Assembly: GCA_016699935.1 (NCBI GenBank)
Contig: CP064992.1
Coordinates: forward strand, 600,001-632,000
Direction: 5' to 3'
DNA: 32,000 nucleotides
From: Candidatus Saccharimonadota bacterium
GTDB lineage: Bacteria; Patescibacteriota; Saccharimonadia; Saccharimonadales; UBA4665
The notes under the pieces were generated by a model. The model had not been told where the DNA came from and searched no databases. It saw only the letters and a program-made list of their open reading frames with translations. Positions 27,217 through 32,000 of this stretch are shown one piece after another; the stretch's first letter is position 1; each line of letters opens with the position of its first letter. The translations under genes and the position numbers were made by a program.

Positions 27217-29775
27217 ATGGACGATCAAACACTAGACAACGCACCACTCGATGTCGAAGACGAAGAGCGACTCGAACATCGAAATGAAGTAGAAATTATC
27301 CAGGCAGACCATTCGCGTGTCGTCGAGGGTCGCACGGTTGAAAATGTCATGGAAGATAGTTATTTACGCTACTCCATGAGCGTTATTATCGATAGGGCGC
27401 TTCCTGACGTGCGTGACGGTATGAAGCCGGTACATCGCCGTATTATGTACTCTATGAATGAAGATGGTCTACGGAGTAGTGCCCGGCATCGTAAAAGCGC
27501 CAATGTGGTCGGCGCTGTAATGGGTAAATACCACCCACACGGCGACTCGTCTATATATGACGCCATGGTGCGCTTAGCACAGCCTTGGTCAACACGGTAC
27601 ATGTTGGTAAATGGGCAGGGTAACTTTGGTAGTATGGATGGTGATCCACCAGCGGCAATGCGTTATACAGAGGCGAAGATGCATCGTCTAGCCGATGAGT
27701 TACTGGCTGACATCGACAAGGATACGGTTGATTTTCGTGATACTTATGACGGACAAAATCAAGAACCTACAGTTTTACCAGCCAAGCTTCCAAATCTTCT
27801 GCTGAACGGCCAGCTTGGTATAGCGGTCGGTATGGCAACCAATATACCGCCGCACAACTTGAGTGAAGTTATTGACGCCACAGTGTATAAAATAGACCAC
27901 CCAGATGCCTCACTTGACGACTTACTGCAGTTCGTAAAAGGTCCAGATTTCCCAACAGGTGGGGTTGTTTACGGCGCCGTTCCTATCCGTCAAGCTTACG
28001 CAACCGGTCGCGGTGGTGTGGTGGTGCGAGGTGTTGCCGAGATTGTAGAAGGAAATAAAGGTCGTCACCAGATAGTTATCACCGAAATACCATACGCACT
28101 AAACAAAGAAAGCCTTGTCATTAAGATTGCTGATCTGGTAAAAGACAAGAAAATTACTGGCATAAGTGACCTACGCGACGAAAGTGCAAGAGGTAATGTG
28201 CGCATAGTGATAGACCTGAAAAAGATGCCTATCCAAAAAAGTTGCTCAATCAGCTTTACAAACTGACTCCACTTCAAACTAGTTTTCACTACAATATGAT
28301 GGCTCTTATAGACGGTATACAACCAAGAGTTTTGGGCTTGCAAGATATATTGAGCGAACACATAAAGCATCGCCAAAACGTGGTTCGTCGCCGTACTGAG
28401 TTTGAATTACGCAAGGCACGTGATAGAGCGCACATACTAGAGGGTCTTAAGATAGCACTCGACAACATTGACGAAGTGATCGCAACCATACGGGCGAGCG
28501 AGACTACTGAAGAAGCCCAAATAAACCTGACCAAACGATTTAAGCTGAGTGATTTACAGGCAAAGGCTATTCTAGCCATGCAGCTCCGTACGCTGGCCGG
28601 CTTGGAGCGTAAGAAAATAGAAGATGAATTAGCTGAACTTATGAGGCTAATCAGTGAGCTAGAAGCAATTTTAGCTGACGAAAAGAAAATACTAAAGATT
28701 ATAAAGACGAATTCACTCAGCTAAAAAAACAGTACGGCGACGAGCGTCGTACCAAGGTTGTAGCTAGCGAATTGAACCGTTTAAGTGACGAAGACTTAGT
28801 GCCGGACGAACAGGTAGTTGTAACGCTTACGTCAGCAAACTATGTAAAACGCAGTACTTTGGCGGAATATAAACGTCAAGGACGGGGCGGAAAAGGTCGT
28901 CGAGGCATGGCCACGCGTGAGGAAGATGTCATTGAACACGTTGTAAATGCATCTACACACGATTTCTTGCTGTTCTTTACGAACAAGGGGCGTGTGTTCC
29001 GTCTCAAGACATATGAAGTGCCCTCAACCTCTTTAAATGCCAAGGGTGTAGCCATAGTAAACCTGTTGCAATTACAGCCAGAAGAAACGGTGAGTGCCGT
29101 CATAAATGTCTCCAAAAGCGACACCGAGCATGCGGCGAATCTCATCATGTGTACTAAAAAGGCGTTGTAAAGAAAACACCATTCGAACAGTATAGAAACG
29201 TCCGGACGACCGGTCTTATTGCAATCAACCTAGACGATGGTGATGAGCTAAAATGGATTCAGCAAACAAGCGGTGATAATGAAGTTGTCATAAGTACCAG
29301 TCAGGGTCAAGCCATTCGCTTCCATGAACGTGACGCCCGACCAATGGGTCGTGTCAGCCGTGGTGTTCAGGGTATTCGTCTGCGCACAGACGACCATGTA
29401 ATAGGTATGGATATAGTGGACGAGCATAGCAGCATATTTGTGATAAGTAGGTACGGCTATGGTAAGCGCACAAAAGTTGCTCAGTTTACGTCTCATGCCC
29501 GAGGAGGTGTCGGTATCCGTTCAGCGGTCGTCAATTCGAAGACAGGCGAACTGGTCGGCGTGAATACATTAAGTGACACAGATGACCAAGAGGTCATCAT
29601 CATCAGCCAAAATGGCCAAACTATCCGCTTAGGGCTAAAGGACATCCCGGCACTTGGCCGTGCTACCCAGGGCGTCCGCATAATGCGCCTGAATGAAGGT
29701 GACCAAGTCGTCTCCCTCGCCCTCGTAGAAAAAACCGAGCAGCTCGAAGACGAGGAAGACGAAGTCACGCAGTAG
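27217..29775 (+). CDS. gyrA: DNA gyrase subunit A, three frameshifts, all in A-runs
   Basis: It carries [17 protein letters not shown] and [18 protein letters not shown]. Four consecutive ORFs rejoin after single-base corrections near 28220, 28698 and 29155 (...[19 protein letters not shown]..., ...[20 protein letters not shown]..., ...[15 protein letters not shown]...). Confidence 0.95.
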
Positions 29776-29890
29776 ATAATTTACCAAAATCAAATAATAT
29801 GCTATAATAATGAGTGTTAGTATCACTTCAACTCACTCAGCATATGAAAACTCGAGATCATTATTATATACCGGCTACTGAGGTGCGAAT

Positions 29891-31089
29891 ATGATGCCAG
29901 GTAATCGCTACCCCACATATAATGCCAGTTTATTTACATCCGTCGAAATGCAAGTTACGGCGGCCATATTTGCTGAGCTTGATCTTACGGTGCAAGAGAC
30001 GAGGGGTATGGATTGTTCGTCAGAAATTTCTCCGCAATCACTCGCGCTGCTTGCCTTGGCACGTGCTGGGGCGGAACGGTTGGGGTGCAGTATAGAACTA
30101 CATGAATTGCTTGGTGCCGGTTATGTTTTAGGCGTCAGCTCTGAAAGGTTTGATTCAAGTCTAGCGCTTCATCTTTCAGATTTTGATGATACATCTGTTG
30201 CAACTACGCAGGCCAAAACAATGGTCTTAGAGGGATACAAAAGCCTACTCAATGAGAAGATGGGTCTAACGCTTAAAGAAGAAACCGTTCAAGCGATAAC
30301 AGATGCCGCTGATGTTTTCGCGGTGGCATGAACGAGAGCATATGATACATCACCTCGATGCTCACTATGCTGCTCTTTCATGGGCCGCAAAGACGATGGA
30401 TAAATTACGTGGTTTTCCTGCAGAGATTGTTGCAAATCATGTTGTATGGGCGCTTGGTGAAATGACACCGCTCGAACAAGGTAAAAGGTTGAAGGGGGCC
30501 TGCATTTGATATGGCAGATAGCCGATTGTTCGAAGCAGAAGGCGGGATTATCAATCCTGATATAACAGAGCTAATTATGCGATTTGTCCGCCCAGAATTG
30601 TTTGAAGAAAGTGTTTCGGTGTATCGTCATGCGCAGGGAGCTAGTAAAGCGAACACGGGGATTTTATCATACGGTGTGCCTGTGCCACAGCTGACTAAAA
30701 TTTTCGCGCGACTTATAGCTGAACAAGAAATGTACGGAAAAGATGGCTGGTTACCAGGAGTTATCATGCTCACGACTGTCATGAAAGGAGATTTCCTGCA
30801 GGCTCTAGCAGACCATACGCAGGCAGATACGCCTTTGGGCGAACTTTCACGAATGATTTTTGATTGCCCAAGAATCAGTTTGCTTGATGATGACCCGAAT
30901 CATCTTAACTTAATACCGGCAGATGACGCTCGTGCGGTGCTACCTATACGTTCGATTCGCGGTGGTACAAAAACAACTTCAACCTGCCCAGGGTGGTGCG
31001 CCGGTGATGTAGTTGATTTTCGCACTGCATCTCCAGGCAGACTAGCAGAGATACTGGGAATTCATTTAGTAGAGCAAGAAGATATTTAG
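29891..31089 (+). CDS. Hypothetical protein(s). These are either three ORFs (29891-30331, 30343-30509, 30511-31089) or one ~400-aa ORF split by two frameshifts.
   Basis: The three ORFs are contiguous, lie on the same strand, and have overlapping or abutting ends. The second junction lies at a GGGGG run (30494-30498). No motif is recognised. Confidence 0.4.
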
Positions 31090-31128
31090 ATGTTGTGGTG
31101 AATACAACACAATAGGGCAAATACATCC

Positions 31129-31157
31129 TTGACTTAGTGGGTTTTGGTCTATACAAT
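31129..31157 (+). promoter_or_regulatory. Candidate rRNA operon promoter TTGACT-17 nt-TACAAT
   Basis: The hexamers are at 31129-31134 and 31152-31157, ~205 nt upstream of the 16S 5' end. Leader hairpins follow at about 31229-31250 and 31262-31295. Confidence 0.5.
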
Positions 31158-31363
31158 AGCCAGCTAGTGCTTTTGAGGTCTCTATTTAGTGTCTCTCGAA
31201 AACTGGTCATTAAAAATTGAATAGTGCAAGGTCCCCTTTTACGAGGGGGACAATCAACGTCAGTTCACATTTCCGGCATTTGCCGGAGTGAATTGTTTTA
31301 GAAATTTCGAATCATAGATTCATGAAAGTAAGTCAGATTCAATCTGGCGCTAAGACAAATTCT

Positions 31364-32000
<637 letters not shown>

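Overview
This is a chromosomal window from a small-genome bacterium that looks like CPR/Patescibacteria. The 16S 5' part at the right edge resembles Saccharibacteria/TM7, and stop-codon usage is standard. Most of the window is housekeeping: nrdR (partial), tRNA-Val, thrS, a RelE/RHH toxin-antitoxin pair, an alkyltransferase-like protein, miaA, rpmB, an M50 protease, a short asparaginase-like protein, a GT2 glycosyltransferase, rnpB, infC-rpmI-rplT, comM, gyrB-gyrA and the start of an rRNA operon. The unusual content is as follows. (1) Both tRNA genes are flanked by tandem mini-repeats that each carry a copy of one end of the tRNA. These are 72/73-bp units with the tRNA-Val 3' end, and ~168-bp units with the 5' two-thirds of tRNA-Pro. 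(2) A ~4.2-kb accessory segment (about 9.76-13.95 kb) holds a strongly acidic orphan protein, a small HTH protein and a large serine recombinase whose reading frame ends inside tRNA-Pro. (3) A membrane-anchored double-AAA+ Clp-like ATPase is coupled to a small membrane protein. (4) A VirD4/TraD-like P-loop ATPase operon sits behind a long structured leader. (5) There are several promoter-plus-terminator units with no ORF, which are candidate small RNAs or leaders, and DnaA-box-like 9-mers around tRNA-Val. One caveat is important: at least about 25 frameshifts interrupt genes, including essential ones (thrS, gyrA, infC, rplT). Every one I traced to the nucleotide sits in a short homopolymer run, so I read them as consensus errors, not pseudogenes. 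No CRISPR array, transposase or reverse transcriptase was seen.
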